From Desulfovibrio sp. (GTDB taxonomy: Bacteria > Bacillota > Dethiobacteria > DTU022): a stretch of 64,000 nt of DNA. Of the stretch, positions 37,547 to 47,566 are shown piece after piece. Below the pieces are notes generated by a model that saw nothing but the letters and a program-made list of their open reading frames with translations, did no database searches and was not told where the DNA came from. Within the stretch, counting starts at the first letter, position 1. Each line of letters begins with the position of its first letter. Made by a program: the position numbers and the translations under genes. The stretch lies in assembly GCA_020060545.1 (NCBI GenBank), contig JAGUZX010000043.1, positions 21,020 to 85,019 on the forward strand, given 5' to 3'.

Positions 37547-39676
37547 ATGGGTTTGACGGCTCAATCAACGGGAAGCGGCGCCCTGAAGAACGATTTGCAG
37601 CCGCGGGCGTTTGGTCCCGGCGAGCTGGTGGTCGCCCTGGCCGGAAACCCCAACACGGGAAAGAGCACCGTTTTTAACAGCCTGACAGGGCTCAGGCAGC
37701 ACACCGGGAATTGGCCCGGCAAAACGGTGGCCGGCGCCCGGGGAAAATACCAATTCCGCGGTAAAAACTTTATCCTGGTCGACTTGCCGGGGACCTATTC
37801 ACTGCTGGCCCATTCGGTTGAAGAAGAGGTAGCCCGGGATTTTATCTGTTTCGGGGGGGCCGGTGTGACGGTGGTGGTGACGGACGCCACCTGCCTTGAG
37901 CGCAACCTGAACCTCGTGCTGCAGATCCTGGAGATCACGCCCCGGGTCGTTGTTTGCGTCAATTTAATGGATGAGGCCGCGCGCAAAAAAATCGGCATCG
38001 ACCTGGACGGCCTCGGCGCCGTCCTCGGTGTGCCGGTGGTAGGGACCAACGCCCGCGAGGGGCGCGGGCTGGTGGAGCTCAAAGAGGCTGTTTTCCGTAT
38101 TGCCGTAGGGCTGGAGCAGCCGCAACCGTTTCCGGTCATTTATGAACCGGCAGTTGAAGAAGCAGTGCGGCTCCTGGCAGGCCCGGCCGGGGAGGTGTTA
38201 AAGCACCGGGTGAGCGGCCGCTGGTTGGCCCTGCGCTTACTCGAAAACGACAAGGGGATCGTTCACTCCCTGGAGGGGCACCTGGGCGTTGACCTTTCCA
38301 GGGATCCGGTGCTCAACATACTGTTGGAGAAGGCTGCCCGGAAGCTCGGATCCAATGTCCAGGACGTCATTGCCACGGCTGTCGTCCGCCGGGCGGAAGA
38401 GATCGCCGCCAAAGTGGTCTGCCCGGAGAACAGGCCTCTCAGCCGGTCGGATCGCGGCATTGACGACCTGGTCACCTCCCGGCGGTGGGGCGTGCCGATC
38501 ATGGTAGCCATGCTGGGCGTGGTTTTCTGGATTACTATTTCCGGCTCAAACTACCCGTCAAAAATGCTGGCTGCGGTTTTTTTCAGGGTGGAGGGCTGGC
38601 TGACCGCTCTTTTTGCCGCGGCCGGGTGGCCCGGCTGGCTGCACGGCCTCCTGGTCCTGGGGGTCTATCGCACCCTGGCCCGGGTGGTCTCGGTAATGCT
38701 GCCGCCGATGGCGATCTTCTTCCCCCTGTTTACCCTGCTGGAGGATCTGGGCTACCTGCCCCGGGTGGCGTTCAACCTGGATAACCTGTTTAAAAAAGCG
38801 CGCGCCCACGGCAAGCAGGCTCTGACCATGTGCATGGGCTTTGGCTGCAACGCCGCCGGGGTGATCAGCTGCCGGATCATCAACTCTCCCCGGGAAAGGC
38901 TCATAGCCGTGATCACCAATAACTTTGTTCCCTGCAATGGCCGCTTTCCAATCTTGATTACCCTTTCCGCCATCTTTATCGGCGGGGCTGCCGGCGGTTT
39001 TCACTCGCTCGCGGCGGCGGCCGCCGTTTTGGGCACCGTGATTTTCGGTGTCCTGATCACTCTGGGTGTTTCCAGGCTCTTGTCGGCGACAATATTGAAA
39101 GGGCTGACGTCTTCCTTTATCCTGGAAATGCCGCCTTACCGCAAGCCGCAGGTGGGGCGGGTCCTGGTCCGCTCATTACTGGACCGGACGCTTTTCGTCC
39201 TGGGCCGTGCCGTGGTGGTGGCGGCGCCGGCCGGGCTGGCGATCTGGCTGATGGCCAATATTCAGGCCGGCGGGATGAGCCTACTGGACCACGGCGCTGT
39301 TTTTTTACAGCCGTTTGCCGGGCGGATCGGCCTGGACGGTTATATTTTGATGGCTTTCATCCTGGGGTTGCCGGCCAACGAGATTGTCATCCCGATCCTG
39401 ATCATGAGTTACCTGTCAGGCGGGGCGATGCTGGAACCGGAGTCGCTGGAGGACCTGAGGCGGCTTTTCGCCGCCAACGGTTGGACCGGGCTGACGGCGG
39501 TGTGCGCCATGCTCTTTACCTTAAACCATTTCCCCTGCGGGACAACGCTTTTCACCATCCGCCGGGAAACCCAAAGCGCCAAATGGACCCTGGTATCCTT
39601 CCTGCTGCCGACACTGACCGGCATCACTGTCTGTTTTATCGTCGCCCAGGCCGCCCGCCTGCTGGGCCTGGTCTAA
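37547..39676 (+). CDS. feoB: Ferrous iron transporter FeoB
   Basis: N-terminal G-domain (GNPNTGKST…DLPG) and polytopic permease domain. 709 aa. Confidence 0.92.
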   Translation: MGLTAQSTGSGALKNDLQPRAFGPGELVVALAGNPNTGKSTVFNSLTGLRQHTGNWPGKTVAGARGKYQFRGKNFILVDLPGTYSLLAHSVEEEVARDFICFGGAGVTVVVTDATCLERNLNLVLQILEITPRVVVCVNLMDEAARKKIGIDLDGLGAVLGVPVVGTNAREGRGLVELKEAVFRIAVGLEQPQPFPVIYEPAVEEAVRLLAGPAGEVLKHRVSGRWLALRLLENDKGIVHSLEGHLGVDLSRDPVLNILLEKAARKLGSNVQDVIATAVVRRAEEIAAKVVCPENRPLSRSDRGIDDLVTSRRWGVPIMVAMLGVVFWITISGSNYPSKMLAAVFFRVEGWLTALFAAAGWPGWLHGLLVLGVYRTLARVVSVMLPPMAIFFPLFTLLEDLGYLPRVAFNLDNLFKKARAHGKQALTMCMGFGCNAAGVISCRIINSPRERLIAVITNNFVPCNGRFPILITLSAIFIGGAAGGFHSLAAAAAVLGTVIFGVLITLGVSRLLSATILKGLTSSFILEMPPYRKPQVGRVLVRSLLDRTLFVLGRAVVVAAPAGLAIWLMANIQAGGMSLLDHGAVFLQPFAGRIGLDGYILMAFILGLPANEIVIPILIMSYLSGGAMLEPESLEDLRRLFAANGWTGLTAVCAMLFTLNHFPCGTTLFTIRRETQSAKWTLVSFLLPTLTGITVCFIVAQAARLLGLV

Positions 39677-39778
39677 CGTGACAGTGGGGACGGGGCAATT
39701 TTGTCACAGTGCGGTTTCGCCGGCGCGCGTGTTTTTGTACAAGGGGCGTAGCATGCCCCGCCCACGGTACGTGCCTGC

Positions 39779-39808
39779 AAAAAACGCGGGCGCAGTGCGC
39801 TGCGCCCG
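39779..39808 (-). terminator. Rho-independent terminator (minus strand) after the IDH/IMDH-family gene
   Basis: Reverse complement reads GGGCGCAG-cgca-CTGCGCCC followed by GCGTTTTTT. Confidence 0.6.
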
Positions 39809-39865
39809 TACAGCGGGGGAAACGCGCACTTTGCCCGTGTCTAGATGTTTGACCGCGAAAAACGC

Positions 39866-40918
39866 TTATAAAACGTACTCCGCCACCAGGTCACCCACCT
39901 CGCCGGTGGAATAGCCCATCTCCCCGGCGTTGAGGCTGCGCAAGTGCTCCCGGCAGACGGTGGCAACGGCCTGCTCGACCGCTTTGGCCGCTTCTGCTTC
40001 CCCGAGATAATCGAGCATCATCGCCGCGGCGCAAACGGCCGCCAGCGGGTTAATCATGCCCCGCCCGGTGTACTTCGGCGCCGAGCCCCCGATCGGCTCA
40101 AACATGGAAACCCGCCCCGGGTGAAGGTTCGCCCCGGCGGCGATACCCATACCGCCCTGGATCATCGCGCCCAGGTCGGTGATGATATCGCCGAACATAT
40201 TGTCGGTAACGATGACATCAAACCACTCCGGGTTTTTAATCATCCACATGCAGATGGCGTCCACATGGGCGTAATCCCTTTGGATATCCGGGTACTCCGC
40301 CCCCACCTCGTGAAAAGCCCTCTCCCAGAGGTCGAAAGCGTAGGTCAATACGTTGGTCTTTCCGCAGAGCGTCAGTTTTTTCCGCCCCCTCCGGGTGCGG
40401 CAGTGGTCAAAGGCGTAGCGCAGGCAGCGTTCGACTCCGAAGCGGGTATTCACCGATTCCTGGACGGCGACCTCAAAAGGGGTGCCGCGGCGTAAAAAAC
40501 CGCCCGCGCCCGCGTAAAGGCCTTCGGTGTTTTCGCGGACCACTACAAAATCGATATCGGCGGGACCCTTGGATTTAAGCGGGCCCTCCACCCCCGGGTA
40601 GAGCTTGACCGGGCGCAGGTTTATGTAGAGATCCAGATCAAAACGGAGCTGCAGCAAAAGCCCTTTTTCCAGGATGCCCGGCTTGACATCGGGGTGTCCG
40701 ATAGCACCCAGGTAGAGGGCGTCGCAAAGTTTGATCTCTTCCAAAACAGAGGGAGGGAGCAGCTCCCCGGTGCGCAGGTAGCGTTCACCTCCGAGGTCAT
40801 ATTCCACCGTTTCCAGGGCAAGACCGAACCTGTCCCGGGCTGCGTCAAGCACTTTCAACCCTTCGCGGATCTGCTCCGGCCCGGTGCCGTCCCCTGGAAT
40901 GACCGCAATTTTATACAT
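39866..40918 (-). CDS. Isocitrate/3-isopropylmalate dehydrogenase family protein (LeuB-like)
   Basis: [13 protein letters not shown]-terminus, and the NMFGDIITD and GSAPKY motifs of beta-decarboxylating dehydrogenases. Start at MYKIAV lies 9 nt after GGAGGAGG. Confidence 0.8.
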   Translation of the reverse strand: MYKIAVIPGDGTGPEQIREGLKVLDAARDRFGLALETVEYDLGGERYLRTGELLPPSVLEEIKLCDALYLGAIGHPDVKPGILEKGLLLQLRFDLDLYINLRPVKLYPGVEGPLKSKGPADIDFVVVRENTEGLYAGAGGFLRRGTPFEVAVQESVNTRFGVERCLRYAFDHCRTRRGRKKLTLCGKTNVLTYAFDLWERAFHEVGAEYPDIQRDYAHVDAICMWMIKNPEWFDVIVTDNMFGDIITDLGAMIQGGMGIAAGANLHPGRVSMFEPIGGSAPKYTGRGMINPLAAVCAAAMMLDYLGEAEAAKAVEQAVATVCREHLRSLNAGEMGYSTGEVGDLVAEYVL

Positions 40919-41281
40919 CAGCCACAACCTCCTCCAATGCTGCAATCAAATCGCTGGTTAATCAATCATACCCTATTTTTGGCCTTGATAAAAGATCCCT
41001 TTTTAGCCGTTTTTCCGCAGGTATCAGCCAAATATACTGAAGCAGGCAGGACTTTCATTAAACCGGCGGCTGTGGTAAAGTAATAGCAGCAGCAGAACCG
41101 GTGCCGCCTCGGAACTGGGTCCCGGTGCAGAAAAGCCTTTGAGTTAAAAAAAAAGTGTTTTTTGGATACAACTATAAAAAAGTTTCCCGTTCCGCAAGCC
41201 GGCGGTCGCCCGCTTGCGGAGCGGTACGGACCTGTCCGCGGTAAATAACTTCAGTCTAATGGCAGGAGGGAGGAGCTTGCA

Positions 41282-41788
41282 TTGTTACGGCTGCTTTATC
41301 CAAAACAGCATCTAAACAGCATTTTCGAACTCGACCCGGATGAACTGCGCTCAATGGGGATCAGGGGGCTGATTGCAGACATGGATAACACCCTTGTTCC
41401 CTGGAACGACCGCTCGGTGCATCCCCGCCTGGCCCTGTGGCTGGCGGGGTTGAAGGAAAAAGGGTTCCGCCTCTGCATTGTTTCCAACAATACCGCCGAT
41501 CGGGGCGGCCAGCTGGCACTGGAGCTGGATATTCCCGCCATCTGGTACGCGGTAAAGCCCCGGCGGCGCGCTTTCCGGCTGGCCCTGCAGAAAATGGAAC
41601 TTTCCGCCCCGGAAGTGGCGGTAATCGGCGATCAAATTTTTACCGATGTTCTTGGCGGCAACCGCCTCGGGCTCTATACCATCCTGGTTACTCCCATTTC
41701 AGATAAGGAATTCATCTGGACCCGCCTGATGCGCCAGTTCGAACGCATGGTTTTAAACCGCTTAAAGAAAAAAAAGATCATCCGCTAG
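41282..41788 (+). CDS. yqeG: YqeG-family HAD-IIIA phosphatase
   Basis: Colinear with B. subtilis YqeG (…DMDNTLVPW…VSNN…GDQIFTDVLGGNR…). TTG start after GGAGGGAGGAG. Confidence 0.85.
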   Translation: MLRLLYPKQHLNSIFELDPDELRSMGIRGLIADMDNTLVPWNDRSVHPRLALWLAGLKEKGFRLCIVSNNTADRGGQLALELDIPAIWYAVKPRRRAFRLALQKMELSAPEVAVIGDQIFTDVLGGNRLGLYTILVTPISDKEFIWTRLMRQFERMVLNRLKKKKIIR

Positions 41789-41902
41789 CTGCCGCATACC
41801 GGCAAACCGCCCGCGCCTGGGGGCCTGCATGACGGTATGCGGCGGAGTTGCATTGATGATGGCTTTCCGGACCATAATAAGGGTTCAGGGAGGCCTGATC
41901 GC

Positions 41903-42127
41903 ATGAACATCCTTGTGGTACAGAAACGGCTGCCGTACCGCCCGCAGTGCCTGGGCGATCAGGCCGATGCTTTTTTAAAAGAGGTGCGGCAGCTGATCCG
42001 GGCCGCCGAAATCCAGCACGCCTCGTGCTCCCTGGAGCTGTCCGATATCGGCTTCGCCCCGGCCGGGGATTATATTGAAGTAAAGCTTTACTTCCGTGAG
42101 CATGCCCTTTTGAGCCGTGAGAAGTGA
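41903..42127 (+). CDS. Small hypothetical protein
   Basis: ATG 9 nt after GGGAGG. 74 aa. Unknown function. Confidence 0.4.
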   Translation: MNILVVQKRLPYRPQCLGDQADAFLKEVRQLIRAAEIQHASCSLELSDIGFAPAGDYIEVKLYFREHALLSREK

Positions 42128-42192
42128 GCGATCGGATGTGAGAAAAAACAAAAAAAACCATGAAAAATATTAGATTATTTGGAAATCAGTAT

Positions 42193-42220
42193 TGACTACT
42201 GGCAAAAAAACGTGTAATAT
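42193..42220 (+). promoter_or_regulatory. Sigma-A-type promoter driving the riboswitch leader (TTGACT-16-TAATAT)
   Basis: Near-consensus -35 and -10 hexamers ~40 nt upstream of the GEMM aptamer. Confidence 0.5.
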
Positions 42221-42254
42221 GTTTTTTGAAGTAAGTTGATAATGCGAATAAAAC

Positions 42255-42342
42255 TCGTTTCAGGGCAAACCCGTTGAAAAGCGGGGACGCAAAGCCGACA
42301 GGCCTAAAGCGCTACTGCCAGGGCGGCTGGGTTACCGGGCGG
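42255..42342 (+). ncRNA. c-di-GMP-I (GEMM) riboswitch, copy 3
   Basis: CAGGGCAAACCCGUUGAAAAGCGGGGACGCAAAGCCGACAGGCCUAAAGCGCUACUGCCAGGGCGGCUGGGUUACCGGGCGG. Near-identical to the Vc2 consensus (GGCAAACC…GAAA…GGGACGCAAAGCC…GGCCUAAA…GGGUUACCG). Confidence 0.88.
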
Positions 42343-42345
42343 ATC

Positions 42346-42382
42346 AAAAATCCCAAGGAAAACCCTGGGGATTTTTATGTTT
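42346..42382 (+). terminator. Intrinsic terminator forming the riboswitch expression platform
   Basis: AAAAAUCCCAAGG-aaaa-CCCUGGGGAUUUUU hairpin followed by AUGUUUU. Confidence 0.6.
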
Positions 42383-42456
42383 TAGCATCAAACAGGATTG
42401 AGTTTTTTCGAGGTAATTTAGGCTACACTTCTTTTTTCTATAATTTACGACAGTTA

Positions 42457-42485
42457 TTGACAAAATAATCTGTCTGGTTCATAAT
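42457..42485 (+). promoter_or_regulatory. Second sigma-A-type promoter (TTGACA-17-CATAAT) immediately upstream of pilB
   Basis: Consensus -35 and a good -10 hexamer, 40 nt upstream of the pilB RBS (AGGGAGGAG). Confidence 0.5.
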
Positions 42486-42525
42486 AAAAGAAAAAAATGC
42501 CTTTTTTATCAGGGAGGAGAAACTG

Positions 42526-45138
42526 ATGGTACGCTTTGTCCGCAAGCGATTGGGCGATATCCTTTTGGAAGCCGGCGTCATCACGGAACAGCAGCTGGAA
42601 GAAGTATTGCAGGAACAGGTCACCAGCCGCAAACGGATCGGGCGGCTGCTCATCGAAAAAGAGCTGATCACCGAGGAACACTTGATCGATATCCTCGAGC
42701 GGCAGCTGGGCATCTCCCAGGTCAATCTCTATAACTATAATATCGACCCGAAGGTCGCCTCGTTGATCCCCATGTCGCTGGCCCAACGCTACATGGTGAT
42801 TCCAATTGGCAGAAAAGAACAAAAGATAATCCTGGCCATGGCCGACCCGATGAATATTATCGCCCTCGATGATGTGGCTATGATTACCGGTTCAGAGATC
42901 ATCCCGGTAATCGCTTCGGAGAGTTCTGTCCAGCATGCCATCAACCAAATCTATGGCCTGCAGGAGTCCCTGGAGATGAGCCTGGAGGATAAGAAAGTCA
43001 AGACCAAAGAAGACGAGGAGGAGCTCGCACGGCTGCGCGCCCTGGTGGAAGACGCACCCATTGTCAAAGTAGTCAATTCGCTGATCCACCAGGCGGCCAG
43101 CGAAGGGGCCAGTGACATCCATATCGAGCCGTCGGGCAAAGGGGTCAGGGTGCGCATGCGCATCGACGGGATCCTGCATGACCTGATGTCGCCGCCGAAA
43201 GACACGCAACCCTTAATTGTTTCCCGGATCAAGATCATGGCCAACCTGGACATCGCAGAGCGAAGGCTTCCCCAGGACGGTCGGATCCAGATGCAGGTGG
43301 GCTTAAACGACATCAACCTCCGGGTCTCGACGATGCCCACCATTCACGGTGAGAAAGTAGTAATCCGGCTGCTGGAAAAAGACCGGGTGATCGTTTCCCT
43401 GGACAAGCTTGGTTTTAATGAGCACAATTTCGAACTTTACAAACAATTTTTATTAAACCACTCCGGCATGATCCTGGTCACCGGGCCAACCGGTTGCGGT
43501 AAAACCACGACCCTTTATTCAACCTTGAATTATCTCAACCGTCCGGAGGACAATATCATCTCCGTGGAAGACCCGGTGGAATACCGCCTGGACGGGGTCA
43601 ACCAGATCCAGGTCAACCCGCGCATCAATTTAAACTTTGCCAACGCCCTGCGTTCCATCCTCCGGCAGGATCCCAACATCATCATGATCGGTGAAATCAG
43701 GGATCTCGAGACGGCGGAAATCGCCACCCGCGCCGCGCTGACCGGGCACCTTGTCCTGAGCACCCTGCACACCAACGATGCCGTCCGGGCCATCTCCCGG
43801 CTGATCGATATGGGCGTGGAAAACTATTTGATTACCTCCTCCCTGGTCGGCGTGATCGCCCAGCGCCTGGTCAGGCTGATCTGCCCCCACTGCCGCGAGA
43901 GTTACGCGCTCCCGGACCGGGAAAAAATCTTATTTCAAAAGATTTTCCGAAAAGTACCTCTGCAAACGCTTTACCGGGGGGCGGGGTGCAAAAGCTGCAA
44001 CCAGACCGGCTACCGGGGCCGCATCGCCATCCACGAGGTGCTTTCGGTCAGCCCCGCGATCCGGCGCCTGGTCCTGGCGGGAGCGACAGTGGAGCAGCTG
44101 CAGCGGCAAGCCCTGGTGGAGGGGATGGTTACCCTTCTGGAGGATGGGCGCCGCCGGGTTGAAGAAGGAATTACTTCCCTGGAGGAAATCTTGCGGGTCG
44201 CTTTTAACAGCATGAATATCGACGGTGAAAGCAGGCATCTCGAACCGGCGGTTGAGGCGGTTGGAGCGGCTCAAACGGCTCCGGAGGCGCCGGCGGTCGG
44301 GCTTGTTCCGGAAAGCGGGCGCTTGACCGGCGCCGGGCCTGAAATAATGCCTGGACGCGCCGGCTTGCAGCAGCCTCCCGCCCGGGAAGAAAGCAGTTAT
44401 GTTTTTAACCAGCTTAAAAACATGAAAGGCGCGCCTGTAACGCCTGGTGTTACCGCCCGGGAAATGCAGCCGGAAAAAATAATCACGCCCGCCGTCGCCA
44501 TCAAATTAAAAGGCCCCGCCAGCGCCAAAGTCGGTGAAACCTATACCTGCCATTTCAGCGTGATCAATAAGGGGAATGTGCCTTTAACCGGGGTAACGGT
44601 AACGGATTCACTCTTCGGAGAGGATTGGAGTTACCCGATCGGAGAGCTTCCGCCTGGCGCCGAATCGGCGTTTGTGATGAACTTTACCACCGACAGGGGG
44701 CATGCCGGCAGCCTGGAGAATACGGCCACGGTTACGGGATTTTACCGGTCAACCCCTGTTACCGCCCAGGACAAGCAGATCATCGAGATTATCGATCTTG
44801 TCCAGCCCGGCCTGGCTATTGAAATCTCCGGTCCGGCCACAGCCATACCCGGGGAAACGGTAGTTTATAAATTCACGGTTACCAATTCTGGCAGTGTTCC
44901 CCTGAAAAGGGTCAAAGTCACGGATCCCCTTTTCGGCACCGGCTGGCGCAACTTCATCAACGCGATCGCGCCGGGACAATCGGTTAAATTCAACGTGGAG
45001 TATACCATTCCGGCAAGCGCCTATGCGCGGCTGAAGAATACGGCCACCGCCTCCGGATGGCATGAAGACGAGGTAACCGCGCAGGGGAGTCACACGATCG
45101 AGATTTTGTCCTGGCAAACCGGGACCGTGTCGAGGTGA
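42526..45138 (+). CDS. pilB: Type IV pilus assembly ATPase PilB/GspE with N-terminal MshEN-type c-di-GMP-binding motif and a C-terminal extension of two DUF11 repeat domains
   Basis: N-terminus KRLGDILLEAGVITEQQLEEVLQEQ fits the MshEN RLGxxLLxxGxIxxxxLxxxLxxQ motif, and a second partial copy follows. Walker A GPTGCGKTT, Asp and His boxes, and a tetracysteine Zn motif (CPHC…CKSC). The core ends …GITSLEEILRV and is followed by a ~300-aa in-frame extension with two ~100-aa DUF11-like repeats (…TVTNSGSVPL…V.VTD…). Confidence 0.85.
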   Translation: MVRFVRKRLGDILLEAGVITEQQLEEVLQEQVTSRKRIGRLLIEKELITEEHLIDILERQLGISQVNLYNYNIDPKVASLIPMSLAQRYMVIPIGRKEQKIILAMADPMNIIALDDVAMITGSEIIPVIASESSVQHAINQIYGLQESLEMSLEDKKVKTKEDEEELARLRALVEDAPIVKVVNSLIHQAASEGASDIHIEPSGKGVRVRMRIDGILHDLMSPPKDTQPLIVSRIKIMANLDIAERRLPQDGRIQMQVGLNDINLRVSTMPTIHGEKVVIRLLEKDRVIVSLDKLGFNEHNFELYKQFLLNHSGMILVTGPTGCGKTTTLYSTLNYLNRPEDNIISVEDPVEYRLDGVNQIQVNPRINLNFANALRSILRQDPNIIMIGEIRDLETAEIATRAALTGHLVLSTLHTNDAVRAISRLIDMGVENYLITSSLVGVIAQRLVRLICPHCRESYALPDREKILFQKIFRKVPLQTLYRGAGCKSCNQTGYRGRIAIHEVLSVSPAIRRLVLAGATVEQLQRQALVEGMVTLLEDGRRRVEEGITSLEEILRVAFNSMNIDGESRHLEPAVEAVGAAQTAPEAPAVGLVPESGRLTGAGPEIMPGRAGLQQPPAREESSYVFNQLKNMKGAPVTPGVTAREMQPEKIITPAVAIKLKGPASAKVGETYTCHFSVINKGNVPLTGVTVTDSLFGEDWSYPIGELPPGAESAFVMNFTTDRGHAGSLENTATVTGFYRSTPVTAQDKQIIEIIDLVQPGLAIEISGPATAIPGETVVYKFTVTNSGSVPLKRVKVTDPLFGTGWRNFINAIAPGQSVKFNVEYTIPASAYARLKNTATASGWHEDEVTAQGSHTIEILSWQTGTVSR

Positions 45139-45147
45139 CGCTCCCCG

Positions 45148-46233
45148 TTGACTTTAGAGATTAACGATCTTTTAATGGAAACGGTGGCACAGGGCGCTTC
45201 GGACCTGCACATCTCGGTGGGGATCCCGCCGCTGCTGCGGCTGCACGGTGAGCTAGTGCCGATGTCCAGGCCCCCTTTGCGCCCGGCGGACACGGCCGGC
45301 CTGGTCCGGCAGGTGCTGACCGAAGCCCAAGCGGAAACTTTTTTGGCCAGCGGTGAACTGGATTTTTCCTTTTCCGCTCCCGGCGTGGGGAGGTTCCGGG
45401 TCAATGTTTACCGCCAGCGCGGCACCGCGGCGATGGCCATGCGGGCGGTGACCGGGGAGATCCCCTCCCTGGAAAGTTTGGGCCTGCCCGCGGTAACGGC
45501 GCAGCTGGTAAAATATCACAAGGGGCTGGTCCTGGTCACCGGCCCGACCGGCAGCGGCAAATCGACCACCCTGGCGGCGATGATCGACCTGATTAACCAG
45601 CAGCGCCGCTGCCATATTCTGACGCTGGAGGACCCGATCGAATACCTGCACCAGCATAAAAAAAGCATGGTCAACCAGCGCGAGATCGGCCAGGACAGCG
45701 CCGGGTTCGCCCGGGCGTTGCGTTCGGCCCTGCGCCAGGATCCCGATGTAATCCTGGTCGGCGAGATGCGCGACCTGGAGACGATCGCCATCGCCATCAC
45801 CGCCGCCGAGACCGGGCACCTGGTGCTGGCGACCCTGCATACCGTGGACGCCCCCCAGACGATCGACAGGGTGATCGATGTTTTTCCCCCGCACCAGCAG
45901 CAGCAGATCCGGGTCCAGCTGGCCAATACCCTGGTCGGGGTGCTCTCCCAGCGCTTGCTCAAGCGTCAAGGCGGGAAGGGGCGGGTGGCGGCGGTTGAAA
46001 TCCTGCTCAACAACGCGGCGGTGCGCAACCTGATCCGTGAAGGAAAGGTTTACCAGCTCTATTCGGTGATGCAGACCGGCTCGCGCAGCGGGATGCAGCT
46101 GATGGATGCAAGCCTGGTCAAGCTCTACCAGCAGGGTGCGATCGATTACGATACCGCCCTGGAGCATGCCGCGAAGCCGGAAAACATGAAAAACGTTATC
46201 TCCGCTCCGGGCGGAAGAGAGTACAACCTTTAG
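45148..46233 (+). CDS. pilT: Twitching-motility retraction ATPase PilT
   Basis: Walker A GPTGSGKST and the PilT AIRNLIRE-like motif (AVRNLIREGK). 361 aa. TTG start after GAGGTGA. Confidence 0.9.
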   Translation: MTLEINDLLMETVAQGASDLHISVGIPPLLRLHGELVPMSRPPLRPADTAGLVRQVLTEAQAETFLASGELDFSFSAPGVGRFRVNVYRQRGTAAMAMRAVTGEIPSLESLGLPAVTAQLVKYHKGLVLVTGPTGSGKSTTLAAMIDLINQQRRCHILTLEDPIEYLHQHKKSMVNQREIGQDSAGFARALRSALRQDPDVILVGEMRDLETIAIAITAAETGHLVLATLHTVDAPQTIDRVIDVFPPHQQQQIRVQLANTLVGVLSQRLLKRQGGKGRVAAVEILLNNAAVRNLIREGKVYQLYSVMQTGSRSGMQLMDASLVKLYQQGAIDYDTALEHAAKPENMKNVISAPGGREYNL

Positions 46234-46246
46234 GAGGAGTCGCTTC

Positions 46247-47476
46247 TTGTCGCCGAACTACCACTACAGGGCCAAGGATTGGGGAGGCAAAACCGTGGAG
46301 GGCGTTTACTCGGCAGTGAATTTACGCGAGGCGCTTGATCACCTCCGCGCCCGGGACCTGTTCGTATTGGATCTGAAAGAGCAGGCCGCTACCGCCGGGC
46401 GGTCGTCCCGGCGGGGGAGACCGGCCGGTCTCCTGAGCAGAAAAAAGGTGAAGAGCCGCGATCTGATGGTTTTCTGCCGCCAGTTCCACACGATGATCCA
46501 GGCCGGCACTACCGCTTTGCAGGGCCTCAAAGTCCTGGCCCAGCAGGCGGAGCATCCCTTACTCGCGGAGAAGCTTGACGCGGTTGCCGTCAGCGTGGAA
46601 CGGGGCAGCACGCTGGCCGAGGCTTTCGGGCGGCACCCGGCGGTTTTCCCGAGCATCCTCGTCAACATGGTCAACGCCGGCGAGGAAGGAGGGGTGCTCG
46701 ATACGGTCATGGACCGCCTGGCCGACCACTTTGAGAAACAGCACGACCTGGAGATGAAAATCAGTTCCGCCACGACCTACCCAATCGTGATCACAGCGCT
46801 GGCTTTTGCGGTGATGGCACTGATGGTCCTCTTCGTCCTGCCGCAGTTCGCCGCGATTTTCGAAGGCCTGGGCATGCGGCTGCCCTGGATCACCCGGGCG
46901 CTGCTGGAGGTAAGCCACTTTGTGATCAAGTATTGGTACCTGGTGCTGGGGCTCCTGGCTGGACTGGTGGTCGCATTGGCGTATTACATTAAAACTGAAC
47001 GGGGCAGGCGGGCCTACGACCGCGCCCGCCTCAAGGTGCCTCTGTTCGGCCCGATCTACCGGAAAGCGGTGGTGGCCCGTTTTGCGCGCACCCTGGGCAC
47101 GCTCATCGCCAGCGGGGTGGACCTGATCAACGCCCTGGAGCTGGTCGAGCGCGTGATCGACAACCGTATTTACGCGGAAACGCTGGCCCGGACCCGGGAC
47201 GTGATCCGCCAGGGACAGGCCATAGCGCTGCCGCTGGCCGCCAGCGGCCTCTTCCCGCCGATGCTGGTGGAGATGGTCCACGTCGGCGAAGAAACGGGCG
47301 CCCTGGACAACATGCTCTCCCGCACCGCCGACTTTTACGAGCAGGAGGTCACCTTCTTCCTGGATCGGCTGGGCACGATCATCGAGCCTCTGCTTCTAAT
47401 CGGGATCGGCATATTCGTCGGGCTGCTCCTGGTTTCCATTGTCATGCCGATGTTCCAGATCTACGAGATGATTTAG
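46247..47476 (+). CDS. pilC: Type IV pilus platform protein PilC (GspF family)
   Basis: Two T2SSF domains. 409 aa. Confidence 0.9.
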   Translation: MSPNYHYRAKDWGGKTVEGVYSAVNLREALDHLRARDLFVLDLKEQAATAGRSSRRGRPAGLLSRKKVKSRDLMVFCRQFHTMIQAGTTALQGLKVLAQQAEHPLLAEKLDAVAVSVERGSTLAEAFGRHPAVFPSILVNMVNAGEEGGVLDTVMDRLADHFEKQHDLEMKISSATTYPIVITALAFAVMALMVLFVLPQFAAIFEGLGMRLPWITRALLEVSHFVIKYWYLVLGLLAGLVVALAYYIKTERGRRAYDRARLKVPLFGPIYRKAVVARFARTLGTLIASGVDLINALELVERVIDNRIYAETLARTRDVIRQGQAIALPLAASGLFPPMLVEMVHVGEETGALDNMLSRTADFYEQEVTFFLDRLGTIIEPLLLIGIGIFVGLLLVSIVMPMFQIYEMI

Positions 47477-47566
47477 CAGAAAAGACAGTTCAAGGTTAAA
47501 CCCTTCCAAGGGAAACCTTTTTACATAGAGAGAGAGAAATAATAGACGGGAAAGGAGGTGAAAATG

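Noticed and set aside
45253-46167. 304-aa minus-strand ORF
   Set aside because: Antisense to pilT.
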